NCBI GenBank assembly: GCA_030684405.1
Contig: JAUXYA010000034.1
Location: forward strand, 74,459 to 138,458
Direction: 5' to 3'
DNA from: Burkholderiales bacterium
GTDB lineage: Bacteria; Pseudomonadota; Gammaproteobacteria; Burkholderiales; SG8-41
Length of the DNA stretch: 64,000 bases
The notes beneath the pieces were generated by a model. That model saw only the letters and a program-made list of their open reading frames with translations. It was not told where the DNA came from and did not search any database. Shown here one piece after another: positions 9,397-19,157 of the stretch. The translations under genes and the position numbers were made by a program. How positions within the stretch are numbered: position 1 is the stretch's first letter; the number at the start of each line of letters is the position of its first letter.

Positions 9397-9825
9397 ATGC
9401 GTCTGATCCATATATTGCTGCTGCTCGCGCCGCTGCTCGCCGGCTGCGAAACGGTGCAGAAAGGCGTCAAGAGCGTCACCGACGCCCTCGACTTCGACAA
9501 GGAGCGCGCGAAAGCGCAGGAAACCCAGCTGCCGAGCGCGGAATCCCGCCTCAAGACAGGCATCACCCAGTATGAGGACGGCAGTTACGCGCAGGCCCAG
9601 CGTTCACTGCAATCCGCGCTGGCTAGCGGACTCACCTCGCGCACCGACCAGGCACAGGCCTACAAGTACCTCGCCTTCATTTACTGCGTCACTGACCGCA
9701 CCGCACAGTGTCGTCAGGAATTCAACAATGCCTTCAGCGCCGATCCCAAGTTCGCGCTGACCGCCGCAGAAGCCGGCCACCCGACATGGGGCCCGATTTT
9801 CCGCAGTGTCGCCCGCGGTCGCTGA
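9397..9825 (+). CDS. TssQ-like lipoprotein (T6SS-associated family)
   Basis: Lipobox LAGC; AYKYLAFIYC..C...F..AF..DPKF.L..AE.GHP.WGP signature recalled for the TssQ family. Confidence 0.7.
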   Translation: MRLIHILLLLAPLLAGCETVQKGVKSVTDALDFDKERAKAQETQLPSAESRLKTGITQYEDGSYAQAQRSLQSALASGLTSRTDQAQAYKYLAFIYCVTDRTAQCRQEFNNAFSADPKFALTAAEAGHPTWGPIFRSVARGR

Positions 9826-9838
9826 ACCCGGAAACACC

Positions 9839-11077
9839 ATGGACCAGCCCGCCAGAATCGGCCGCTACGACGTCACCGCGGAAATCGGCCGGGGCGCGAT
9901 GGGTGTGGTGTATCGCGCGGTTGATCCGATGCTCGAACGCACGGTGGCGATCAAGACCATCAATATGGCGCTCGACCCGGGCGAGATGGAGCACTACGAA
10001 AAACGCTTCACCATTGAGGCGCGCGCCGCCGGCGGCCTGAACCACCCCAACATCGTCATCATCCATGACATCGGCCGCAGCGGTGACCTCGCCTACATGG
10101 CGATGGAATTCCTTGAAGGCCGCGAGCTGCGCGACCTGATCATCGGCCGCGAACTCGCCCCGGACCGCGCGCTGGACATTGCCGCGCTGGTCGCCGACGG
10201 CCTCGCCTACGCCCATGAGCACGGCGTTGTCCACCGCGACATCAAGCCGGCCAACATCATGATTCTGCGCGACGGCCGGGTGAAGATCACCGATTTCGGC
10301 ATTGCCCGCATGCGCACCGCTGACGTGCGGACTCAGACCGGGGTCGTGCTCGGTTCGCCGCGCTATCTCTCGCCGGAGCAGGTTCTGGGCAAGCGCTCTG
10401 ACGGTCGCGCCGATATTTTTTCTCTGGGCGTGATCATTTACGAGATGGTCGCCGGACAGACGCCCTTCAACGGCGTCGACGTCAACTCGCTGATGTTCCA
10501 GATCGTCAATTTCATGCCGCCCCCGCCGAGCTCGGTCAACCCGTCTCTGCCGCCGATGCTCGATCTGATCATCGCCAAGGCGCTGGCCAAATCCGCTGAC
10601 GACCGCTACGCGAACATCGCCGAGCTCGCCGCCGACCTGCGCACCTGCCGCGCGCAGGGACTGTCCGCCACGATCCCGGCGCCCCAGCCCGCAGCGCCGC
10701 AAATGACGCCGGAATCCACCGCCGACCTGTTCATGGACACGCTGCCCTCGTCACGTGCCGGCGATGCCGGCCACGCGCCGTCCGCTGACACCCTGCCGGC
10801 CCGCGGCCTCTCGCGGGACTTCAATTCGATGGCAGCAACCATGCGGCTTGCCGCGAAGACCGGCGCCATCACCGATCCCGCCAGTTTTGCCGCAGATCTG
10901 GGTATCAGCCGCCATGCCATTGACGCTGCAATCCTCAGCGCCGAAGACGAACCGGAACGCAACTGGGGAGCGACCACGGTCATGCACGCGCCGCCCTGGT
11001 CGCAGCGCGACCGCCGCATTTTTCTGGGTGCCACCGGCTGCGCGCTGGTGCTTGGCGCCGTCATCGTACTGACCTGA
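9839..11077 (+). CDS. Hanks-type Ser/Thr protein kinase with a C-terminal transmembrane anchor
   Basis: IGRGAMGVVY, VAIK, HRDIKPANI, DFG, GSPRYLSPEQ; start placed at MDQPA. Confidence 0.95.
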   Translation: MDQPARIGRYDVTAEIGRGAMGVVYRAVDPMLERTVAIKTINMALDPGEMEHYEKRFTIEARAAGGLNHPNIVIIHDIGRSGDLAYMAMEFLEGRELRDLIIGRELAPDRALDIAALVADGLAYAHEHGVVHRDIKPANIMILRDGRVKITDFGIARMRTADVRTQTGVVLGSPRYLSPEQVLGKRSDGRADIFSLGVIIYEMVAGQTPFNGVDVNSLMFQIVNFMPPPPSSVNPSLPPMLDLIIAKALAKSADDRYANIAELAADLRTCRAQGLSATIPAPQPAAPQMTPESTADLFMDTLPSSRAGDAGHAPSADTLPARGLSRDFNSMAATMRLAAKTGAITDPASFAADLGISRHAIDAAILSAEDEPERNWGATTVMHAPPWSQRDRRIFLGATGCALVLGAVIVLT

Positions 11078-11086
11078 AGGAGCACC

Positions 11087-12196
11087 ATGCGCATCACCTC
11101 TGTGGAAGCCATTGCAGTGGATATTCCTCTGTCGAAGAATTTCGGCGGATCGACCTACAACGTGCTCAAGCGCTCGACGGTGATTACCCGGTTGCGCACT
11201 GACGACGGTCTGGTGAGCAATGTCTACAACGGCGACAACCGTGCCCACAGCCTTCAAATTGCACAGCTGATAAAAAATGAATTATTCAATAAAATCAATA
11301 ACTTAAGTATTTTCGAGCGCGAACTGGCCTGGGACCGCATGTTTGCACTGACGCATACCATCAGCGACCGCAAGCTGTTGCTCGAAGCCATCGCCTGTGT
11401 CGACTGCGCGATCTGGGACCTTACTGGTCGTGCGCTGGGCAAAAGTGTGCGCGAGCTGCTCGGTGCCTACCGCACGGAGCTGCCGCTGATTTCCATCGGC
11501 GGTTATTACATGCCGGGCAAGACCCACGCCGACATCGGGCGTGAAATCGAATCGTACCGCGACGCCGGCATGGCCGGCTGCAAATTCAAGGTCGGTGGCC
11601 TGTCGCCGGAAGAAGATGCACAGCGCGTCGCCGTCGCGCGCAAGGCTGCAGGCGAGGATTTCATCCTCTGCGTCGACGCCAACCGCGGCTGGACCGCGGA
11701 GGACGCTATCCGTTTTGCGCGGCTGGTCGAGCCTTACGGCATCCGCTGGTTCGAGGAACCTTGCCACTGGTACGATGATGCCGCGCAGATGGCGCGGGTG
11801 CGGCAGGCCATCACCATTCCCGTCACCGCGGGGCAAAGCGAAATCAGCAGCCATGCCATCCGCCGCCTCGTCGACGCGCGCGCGGTGGACCTTGTCAATT
11901 ACGACGCCTCCGAAGGCGGCGGCGTCACCGACTGGCTGCGTGCCGCCGGGCTGTGCCATGCCGCCGGCATTGCCATGGCGCACCACGAAGAAGCGCAGAT
12001 TGCCAGCCACCTGCTGGCCGCCGTTTCGCACGGCACCTATGCCGAGTGTTTTGCCGATCCGGCGCGCGATCCCGTGTGGCAGTTGATGTGGGTCAACCGG
12101 CCGCCGATTCGCGATGGCATGATGCAGGTCGCCAGCGGGCATGGTTTCGGCATCGAACTCGACGAAAAAATGATCCAGAAATACCGTACCAACTGA
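11087..12196 (+). CDS. Mandelate racemase/muconate lactonizing enzyme family (enolase superfamily)
   Basis: KFKVG, VDANRGW, WFEEP, VDCAIWDL. Confidence 0.9.
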   Translation: MRITSVEAIAVDIPLSKNFGGSTYNVLKRSTVITRLRTDDGLVSNVYNGDNRAHSLQIAQLIKNELFNKINNLSIFERELAWDRMFALTHTISDRKLLLEAIACVDCAIWDLTGRALGKSVRELLGAYRTELPLISIGGYYMPGKTHADIGREIESYRDAGMAGCKFKVGGLSPEEDAQRVAVARKAAGEDFILCVDANRGWTAEDAIRFARLVEPYGIRWFEEPCHWYDDAAQMARVRQAITIPVTAGQSEISSHAIRRLVDARAVDLVNYDASEGGGVTDWLRAAGLCHAAGIAMAHHEEAQIASHLLAAVSHGTYAECFADPARDPVWQLMWVNRPPIRDGMMQVASGHGFGIELDEKMIQKYRTN

Positions 12197-12218
12197 TCCG
12201 GGCGCCGCACCACTGACA

Positions 12219-13862
12219 ATGCCCGCACTGCCCCGTTTCCGTCCGCGCCTGTTCGAAATATACGGTGAGTACAACGTCGCGCGTCTGCGCGCCGACGTGC
12301 TGGCCGGCATCACCGTCGGCATACTTGCGCTGCCGCTGGCCATCGCCTTCGCCATCGCCTCCGGCATGACGCCGGAGTCCGGCATCTACACCGCGATCAT
12401 TGCTGGCTTCATCATCTCCGCCTTCGGCGGCTCGCGAGTGCAGATCGGCGGCCCCACCGGCGCCTTCATCGTCATCGTCTATGGCATCGTCGTCCAGTAC
12501 GGCGTCGCCAACCTGCTGATCTGCACGCTGATGGCGGGCGTGATGCTGCTGGCAATGGGGCTGCTGCGCATGGGCAGCTGGATCCGCTTCATCCCCGTGT
12601 CGGTGATCAGCGGCTTCACCAAAGGCATCGCAGTGCTGATCCTGCTGTCGCAGTTCAAGGACTTCCTCGGCCTGCAGACCAGCCAATTGCCGGCGGAATT
12701 TTTTGCGCAGATCACGGTACTGTGGAATGCACTGCACACGATCAACTGGGTCGCCGTCGGGCTCAGCATGGCCTGCCTGCTGCTGATCGTGTTCTGGCCG
12801 AAGCGCTGGAGCCTGCTGCCGAGCCCCATCGTCGCGCTGGTTTTCGGCACTCTGGCTGCAACGCTGTTCAACCTGCCGGTGGAAACCATAGGCTCCAAGT
12901 TTGGCGGCATTCCGCAAACCCTGCCGTCCTTCGCGCTGCCCGAGCTGTCGCTGGACAAGGTGCGCCACCTGATCGCGCCGGCGATCGCCATCGCGCTGCT
13001 CGGCGCCATCGAATCGCTGCTTTCGGCGACTGTCGCCGACAACATGATCGACGATCGCCATGATCCCAATCAGGAACTGATGGCCCAGGGCCTTGCCAAC
13101 ATCGCCGCACCGCTGTTCGGCGGCTTCTGCGCCACCGGCGCCATCGCCCGCACCAGCACCAACGTGCGCATGGGCGCTTTCGGCCCGGTGTCTGGCATTG
13201 TCCACGCGGCTACGCTGCTGGTAGTGATTCTTGTCGCAGCGCCGCTCGCGAAACACGTGCCGCTCGCCGCCCTGTCGGCAATCCTTGTCGTCGTCGCCTG
13301 GAAAATGGGCGAATGGAGTGACTTCCGCGAGATGCGCCGCTACACCATGAACTACCGCGCGGTCCTGCTCGCCACCTTCGTACTGACCGTGGTCTTCGAT
13401 CTGGTCGTGGCCGTGGAAGTCGGTCTGGTGATGGCAGCGGTGCTGTTCATCACCCGCATCTCGTCGCTGACCGGCATCGTCGACGATGGTCCGGACACCA
13501 TCTCCGGCAACCGCGTGCGTGCCTACGAGATGTTCGGCTCGCTGTTTTTTGGCTCGGCCAACAAGCTCGAACCGCTGCTCGCACACGCAGATCCCGGCGA
13601 CCCCTGCCGCATCCTGGTCCTCGACATTCAGAGAACCATCAATATCGACACCACCGGGCTGGACATCCTCGAATCACTGCGCCGCAAGATGAAGAAGAAT
13701 GGAAAGGCGCTGGTCATCACCGGCGCCGGCACCCAGCCGCTGTCGCTGTTCACACGCTCCGGATTCGCGGACAGGCTGGGCGCGGACAACCTGTTTCCGC
13801 ACCGCTCGGCCGGCATCGCACATGCCCGCGGTCTTGCGGGCGGTGCGCGACGACCGGATTAG
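12219..13862 (+). CDS. SulP/SLC26 family anion transporter with STAS domain
   Basis: ALPLAIAFAIASG, GGSRVQIGGPTGA, ESLLSA, ATGAIART, C-terminal STAS (IDTTGL). Confidence 0.92.
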   Translation: MPALPRFRPRLFEIYGEYNVARLRADVLAGITVGILALPLAIAFAIASGMTPESGIYTAIIAGFIISAFGGSRVQIGGPTGAFIVIVYGIVVQYGVANLLICTLMAGVMLLAMGLLRMGSWIRFIPVSVISGFTKGIAVLILLSQFKDFLGLQTSQLPAEFFAQITVLWNALHTINWVAVGLSMACLLLIVFWPKRWSLLPSPIVALVFGTLAATLFNLPVETIGSKFGGIPQTLPSFALPELSLDKVRHLIAPAIAIALLGAIESLLSATVADNMIDDRHDPNQELMAQGLANIAAPLFGGFCATGAIARTSTNVRMGAFGPVSGIVHAATLLVVILVAAPLAKHVPLAALSAILVVVAWKMGEWSDFREMRRYTMNYRAVLLATFVLTVVFDLVVAVEVGLVMAAVLFITRISSLTGIVDDGPDTISGNRVRAYEMFGSLFFGSANKLEPLLAHADPGDPCRILVLDIQRTINIDTTGLDILESLRRKMKKNGKALVITGAGTQPLSLFTRSGFADRLGADNLFPHRSAGIAHARGLAGGARRPD

Positions 13863-13883
13863 CGTGCCGGTCGCCGCCGTGGC

Positions 13884-14324
13884 TCAGGGACGCAGGTAGG
13901 CGTAACCCTCGCGCTGCTGCAGGCGCGTGATTTCGGCGACGCCCGAAGGCACAAAGCTCGCTTCCGGGATGAAGCGCGAGCGCGTCAGCTTGCGATTACG
14001 CAGCGTGATGTCGCAAACATCGAACTGCACCCCCTTGCCTTTCAGTTGCTCCACCGAAATGTTGTAGGGATTGCCGTTGGCATCCTTCGCGCCGTCAAAC
14101 AGGAAATCAACGCCTCCAGCGTGGGTCACGACAACGATTTTTGCCTGTGGGTTGACCTCGAGATGGTTGCCGATGTTGCGCAGGGCATTGGCCGCCTGGA
14201 CGTTTGAATCATTGACGTGATAAACCACCTTGTCCTGGGCAACATTGGATTTGCCACCGCTTGAAGCACAGCCAGCAGCCAACACGGTCGCTGCGAGCAT
14301 GACTGCCGCTAGTGATATTTTCAT
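13884..14324 (-). CDS. DsrE-family lipoprotein
   Basis: Lipobox AAGC, KVVYHVN, ALRNIGNHL, F.VC..TL, VPSGVAEI..LQQREGYAYLRP; GGAGG RBS before ATG 14324. Confidence 0.8.
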   Translation of the reverse strand: MKISLAAVMLAATVLAAGCASSGGKSNVAQDKVVYHVNDSNVQAANALRNIGNHLEVNPQAKIVVVTHAGGVDFLFDGAKDANGNPYNISVEQLKGKGVQFDVCDITLRNRKLTRSRFIPEASFVPSGVAEITRLQQREGYAYLRP

Positions 14325-14442
14325 AAACTCCTCCAATCACGAAATCAACAAAAATTATGGTTTTATCGGTTACGAAACAGCGGCATCAGACTACTCCGTG
14401 GCCTGCAGCATCGCAACAGCGGCGCAAGCAGGCCAACCGGTC

Positions 14443-14724
14443 ATGACTGACATCCTGACCCGCCAACTAAGAATTCGCGGCCACTTGCAGGGCGTCGGTT
14501 ACCGCAACTACATGGCTTACAAGGCCGGCGTGCTCGGTATCCGGGGTTGGGTCCGCAACCGCAGCGACGGCAGCGTCGAAGCCGTGGTGCAGGGCACGGC
14601 CGAAGCCATCGCGGAAATCATCGCCAGTGCCAAGCGCGGACCACGGGCCGCCCGGGTCGATGCCGTCGAAGTCGACGAAGGCGTTGGCGAGTTCAGCAGC
14701 TTTTCCCAGCGCAAAAGTGAATAA
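14443..14724 (+). CDS. acyP: Acylphosphatase
   Basis: G.LQGVGYR, GWVRNRSDGSVE, GP..ARV. Confidence 0.9.
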   Translation: MTDILTRQLRIRGHLQGVGYRNYMAYKAGVLGIRGWVRNRSDGSVEAVVQGTAEAIAEIIASAKRGPRAARVDAVEVDEGVGEFSSFSQRKSE

Positions 14725-14752
14725 TCATTAATAAACAAGGTCTTGCAGAAGT

Positions 14753-15466
14753 TCAGCCGCCACCCGCCGCGCGCGTGCTGCGCTGGATTGCCGCAGCCCG
14801 CGCAAGCATTTTCTCCGCCTCTGCGCGGCGACCCAGTGCCTGCAGCACCCGCGCCAGATTGTTGAGGGTATGCGCGACGCTGGGACTGTTCGGCCCCAGC
14901 GTCTTTTCCTTCATCGCCAGCGAGCGGCGCAGCAGCGGTTCGGCCTCGGCATGGCGTCCCTGCGCCTGGATGGCCGCCCCGAGATTGTTCAGGCTGGCCG
15001 CCGTTTTCGGGTCCTCACCATAGGCCTTCTCGAACACCGCAAGCACGCGGCGGTGCAACTTCTCCGCCTCGGCAAACTTTTTCTGCGCCTGCGCCACGTC
15101 GGCGAGGTTGTTGAGCAGGATCGCAGTCTGCGGATCACGCGGCCCCAGCACCTTTTCGCGCATGGCCAGCGCGCGGCGGAACTCCCGCTCTGCTTCCGGA
15201 TAACGCTCGGCGAAACGCAGTATCAGCCCCAGCGTCGCGATGCTCTGGTCCACCGAACGGTGGGTCGGTCCGAAACTGCGCCCGGCCTCCGCGATCGCTT
15301 CACGCGCGAAGAGTTCGGCTTGCTCCAGACTGCCCCGCTGCAGATGCAGGTTGGCCTGATCGACGAGCATTTTCCACTCGACCTCACCGGCCCGGGCAGG
15401 AGCGGCGAGAAGCGCCAGTACCAGGACCGCTGCAAGCGCCACGGAGCCGCTATGCCGAATTGCCAT
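14753..15466 (-). CDS. Exported tetratricopeptide-repeat protein
   Basis: Signal peptide; repeated LNNLA...EAE...RR.L...EK..G units; overlaps the dnaE stop. Confidence 0.85.
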   Translation of the reverse strand: MAIRHSGSVALAAVLVLALLAAPARAGEVEWKMLVDQANLHLQRGSLEQAELFAREAIAEAGRSFGPTHRSVDQSIATLGLILRFAERYPEAEREFRRALAMREKVLGPRDPQTAILLNNLADVAQAQKKFAEAEKLHRRVLAVFEKAYGEDPKTAASLNNLGAAIQAQGRHAEAEPLLRRSLAMKEKTLGPNSPSVAHTLNNLARVLQALGRRAEAEKMLARAAAIQRSTRAAGGG

Positions 15467-18400
15467 AATCGATGTTGACGTTCTCGGGTTTCAACCATTC
15501 GCCCAGCACATGCAGCAGATCGTCGCTGATGTTGACCTGCCAGGCAGGCCCCAGCTTCACCTCGCAGCGCGCACCGTCGCTCATGTAATCGATGGCCACC
15601 GGGCAGCTGCCCTTGCGGTGTGGCCCAAGCAGTTCCTTCAGCTTGCTGCCCGAAGACTGGCCGTTGCAGGTCAGGCGAATGCCACGGGCGTAGCGGTTGC
15701 GCGCCTCATTAAGGTCGAGGATGTTCAGCGCCTCCAGCCGCAGCGTGTTGTCTTCACCGCCATTACCGTTATCGCCGTCGGCGTCGGCGCTGCGGTAACG
15801 CTGGCGCCCGCGCACCTCGATCAACAGCAGCTCGTCCTCGCGCAGCTTGTGGCGGAAGCGGTCGAAGGCTTCGCGGTAGACCACGACCTCGTGCTTGCCG
15901 CTGTCGTCAGCGAGCGTGACGATCCCCATGCGCCCGCTGGCGGTGTTCTGCACCCGCACCGACAACACCACTCCGGCGATGGTGACGTTGCGCCCGGCGA
16001 GGTCGCCGGCGGTCTGCAGGTCACCCAGTTTCTTGGCGACCATGCGCCGCACTTCGTCGCGGTAGACGTTGAACAGATGGTCGCTGCGGTAATAGCCGAG
16101 CGCGAGCTTCTCGTTCTGCAGCAGCTCCTTTTTGCTCCAGCGCGGCACGTTGGCCGGCGCCACCATCCGCGGCGCGTCCACCGCGTCGCCGAAGAGACTG
16201 ACCTGGGAAGCCGCGCGGTTCGCCTGCTCGGCGGACTCCAGCGCCAGTCCGACGCAGGCCATCAGCTCGGCGCGATTGTCGTTGACGCTGTCAAAGGCGC
16301 CCGCGCGCACCAGCGACTCCACCACCCTGCGGTTCACCAGACGCTTGTCGACACGATGGCAGAAGTCGAAGAGGTCGGTATAGGGGCCCCCGGCGGTGCG
16401 CACCTCGACGATGTGGTTGATCGCCCCCTCGCCGGTGCCCTTGACGCCGCCGAGCCCGTAACGGATGCGTTTTTCGTCGACCGGCTCGAAACGGTAGACG
16501 CCGGAATTGACGTCTGGCGCCAGCACCTCGAGCCGGTTTTCCCGGGCATCGTCGACCAGCTGCTGCACCTTGTCGGTGTCGTTCATCACCGCCGACATGT
16601 TGGCCGCCATGAACGGCGCCGGATGGTGCGCCTTCATGTAGGCCGTCTGGTAGGCCACCAGCGCGTAGGCCGCGGCATGCGACTTGTTGAAACCGTAACC
16701 GGCAAATTTCTCCATCAGGTCAAACAGCTCGTCGGCCTTGCGCTGGTCGAGTCCGTTCTTCGCCGCGCCCTCGCGGAACAGGCCGCGGTGCTCGGCCATC
16801 TCCTCCGGTTTTTTCTTGCCCATCGCACGGCGCAGCAAGTCGGCGCCGCCGAGGCTGTAGCCACCGATGATCTGCGCCATCTGCATCACCTGCTCCTGGT
16901 AGACCATGATGGCGTAGGTCTCGGAGAGGATGGACTCCACCCGCGGGTCGGGGTAACTGAAGCGCTTGCCGTGTTTGCGCGCGCAGAATTCCGGAATCAG
17001 CTCCATCGGACCCGGCCGATACAGCGCCACCAGCGCAATGATGTCCCCGAAACGGTCCGGCTTCGCGTTTTTCAGCATGTCGCGCATGCCGCGCGATTCA
17101 AACTGGAACACGGCGGAGGTATTGGCCTTTGCGAAAATGTCGTAGGCCGCGCTGTCGTCGAGCGGCAGTTTTTCGAGCTGGATGTCTGAGGATGGATCGA
17201 GGCGCTTGATGTACTTCAGCGTCCAGTCAAGGATGGTCAGCGTAGTCAGCCCGAGGAAGTCGAACTTGACCAGGCCGATCGACTCGACATCGTCCTTGTC
17301 GAACTGGCTGACCGCCGAACTGGCGCCGTCGGCGACATAGAGCGGGCAGAAATCAGTAAGCTTTCCCGGTGCGATCAGCACGCCGCCGGCATGCATGCCG
17401 ACATTCCGCGTCAGGCCTTCCAGGGTGCCGGCCAACTCCAGCAGTTCGGCAACCTCCTCTTCCTTTTTTTCGCGCTCGGCGAGCTGTGGCTCCATCTTGC
17501 GCGCCTCTTCCAGCGTGATGTGTTTGCCGGGCTGGAAAGGAATCAGCTTCGCCAACTGGTCGCAGAAGTTGTAGCCGAGGTCGAGCACACGACCGACGTC
17601 GCGCACCACCGCCTTCGCCGCCATCGTGCCAAAGGTCGCGATTTGTGACACCGAATCGGCGCCGTAACGCATCTTCACGTAATCGATGACGCGGTCGCGG
17701 CCGTCCTGGCAGAAGTCGATATCGAAGTCAGGCATCGATACCCGCTCCGGATTCAGGAAGCGCTCGAACAGCAGGTTGTAGCGCAACGGATCGAGGTCGG
17801 TGATACCAAGGCTGTAGGCCACCAGCGAGCCGGCGCCTGAGCCACGCCCGGGGCCGACCGGAACGCCGTTGTTTTTTGCCCAGTTGATGAAGTCGGCAAC
17901 AATCAGGAAGTAGCCGGGAAAACCCATCTGCACAATGGTTTTTATCTCGAATTCGAGGCGGTCCCGGTAGGTGGGCTCCTGCAACTTGCGCTCCACCTCG
18001 TCCGCATACAGCACGGCCATCCGCGCCGTCAGCCCCTCTCCCGCGCGCTGGCGCAGGTAATCCTCGAGGCTGGAGCCATCCGGAGTCGGAAAATGCGGCA
18101 GCCGGCTTTTGCCCAGCGTCAGCCCCAGCGTACAGCGTTTCGCGATTTCGACGCTGTTCTCCAGCACCTCGGGCACGTCCGCGAACAACTGCGCCATCTC
18201 GGCCTGGGTCTTGAAATACTGCTCGGTGCTGAAACGCCGTGGCCGGCGCTGGTCGGACAGGATGTAACCCTCGGAGATGCACACCCGCGCCTCGTGCGCG
18301 CGGTAATCCTCGGATTTGAGGAATTGCACCGGATGCGTGGCCACCGCAGGCAGGCCCAGTTCCGCGGCCAGTTGCAGGGCGCGGGTGACATGGACTTCCA

Positions 18401-18959
18401 CCGGCACCGTAGCCGCGCCGCCGGTCATCGCCTGCGGCCCCAGCCGCTGCACCTCGAGGTAATAACGGTCCGGAAACAGTGTTGCCCATTCCTGCGCGAG
18501 TCGCTTCGCCTCGTCGTGACGCTCTGCGACCAACGCCTGGCCTACATCGCCGTGATGAGCACCCGACAGCGCGATCAGCCCGTCGGTGCCGGTTTCAGTC
18601 AACCAGGATTTCATCACCTCGGCGCGGCCACGGTACTGATTGCTGCGGTAGGCGCGGGACAGCAGTTCACACAGCCGCAGATAGCCGTCGTAGCTCTGCG
18701 CCAGCAGCAACACGCGGTACGGATTGTCGCGGTCTGCCTCCTGGGTCAGCCACAGGTCACAGCCGATGACCGGCTTGATGCCCTGACTGCGCGCCTCCGT
18801 ATAGAACTTGACCAGGCCAAACACATTCGACAGATCGGTCAGCGCCAACGCCGGCATGCCGTCGGCCTTGGCCGCGGCCACCGCCTCATCGACGCGCACG
18901 ATGCCATCGACGATTGAATATTCGCTGTGCAATCGCAGATGGATGAACGCCGGATTCAT
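15450..18959 (-). CDS. dnaE: DNA polymerase III alpha subunit
   Basis: PHP domain HLRLHSEYS, GPGRGSGAGS, PDFDIDF, KFDFLGL, FAGYGFNKSH. Confidence 0.98.
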   Translation of the reverse strand: MNPAFIHLRLHSEYSIVDGIVRVDEAVAAAKADGMPALALTDLSNVFGLVKFYTEARSQGIKPVIGCDLWLTQEADRDNPYRVLLLAQSYDGYLRLCELLSRAYRSNQYRGRAEVMKSWLTETGTDGLIALSGAHHGDVGQALVAERHDEAKRLAQEWATLFPDRYYLEVQRLGPQAMTGGAATVPVEVHVTRALQLAAELGLPAVATHPVQFLKSEDYRAHEARVCISEGYILSDQRRPRRFSTEQYFKTQAEMAQLFADVPEVLENSVEIAKRCTLGLTLGKSRLPHFPTPDGSSLEDYLRQRAGEGLTARMAVLYADEVERKLQEPTYRDRLEFEIKTIVQMGFPGYFLIVADFINWAKNNGVPVGPGRGSGAGSLVAYSLGITDLDPLRYNLLFERFLNPERVSMPDFDIDFCQDGRDRVIDYVKMRYGADSVSQIATFGTMAAKAVVRDVGRVLDLGYNFCDQLAKLIPFQPGKHITLEEARKMEPQLAEREKKEEEVAELLELAGTLEGLTRNVGMHAGGVLIAPGKLTDFCPLYVADGASSAVSQFDKDDVESIGLVKFDFLGLTTLTILDWTLKYIKRLDPSSDIQLEKLPLDDSAAYDIFAKANTSAVFQFESRGMRDMLKNAKPDRFGDIIALVALYRPGPMELIPEFCARKHGKRFSYPDPRVESILSETYAIMVYQEQVMQMAQIIGGYSLGGADLLRRAMGKKKPEEMAEHRGLFREGAAKNGLDQRKADELFDLMEKFAGYGFNKSHAAAYALVAYQTAYMKAHHPAPFMAANMSAVMNDTDKVQQLVDDARENRLEVLAPDVNSGVYRFEPVDEKRIRYGLGGVKGTGEGAINHIVEVRTAGGPYTDLFDFCHRVDKRLVNRRVVESLVRAGAFDSVNDNRAELMACVGLALESAEQANRAASQVSLFGDAVDAPRMVAPANVPRWSKKELLQNEKLALGYYRSDHLFNVYRDEVRRMVAKKLGDLQTAGDLAGRNVTIAGVVLSVRVQNTASGRMGIVTLADDSGKHEVVVYREAFDRFRHKLREDELLLIEVRGRQRYRSADADGDNGNGGEDNTLRLEALNILDLNEARNRYARGIRLTCNGQSSGSKLKELLGPHRKGSCPVAIDYMSDGARCEVKLGPAWQVNISDDLLHVLGEWLKPENVNIDYGNSA

Positions 18960-19157
18960 GCGCGTATTCTAAAACATGGCGCGCATGCAAATTCCACTCC
19001 GCACGCACAGCGCAGATATCCCCGAATAATCCACGACATATGAAGCCTTGCTGCCTGCGCGGTACGCAGCCATTGGAATCCGCATGGCCGCATCCCGTGC
19101 TTTGACGCATAATGCGGCCGCCTCCGCGCCACACCATCGTAAATCAAAACTGCCCGC

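Noticed and set aside
8290-11077. Pycsar/CBASS-type anti-phage system
   Set aside because: The cyclase is fused to a TM helix and PEGA-like domain, codon usage looks native, and no TIR or other recognised effector is adjacent.
11280-11305. AT-rich motif as an Xer dif site or prophage att site
   Set aside because: No 11-6-11 XerC/XerD layout, copies are degenerate and dispersed, and there is no integrase; it fits the IHF consensus better.
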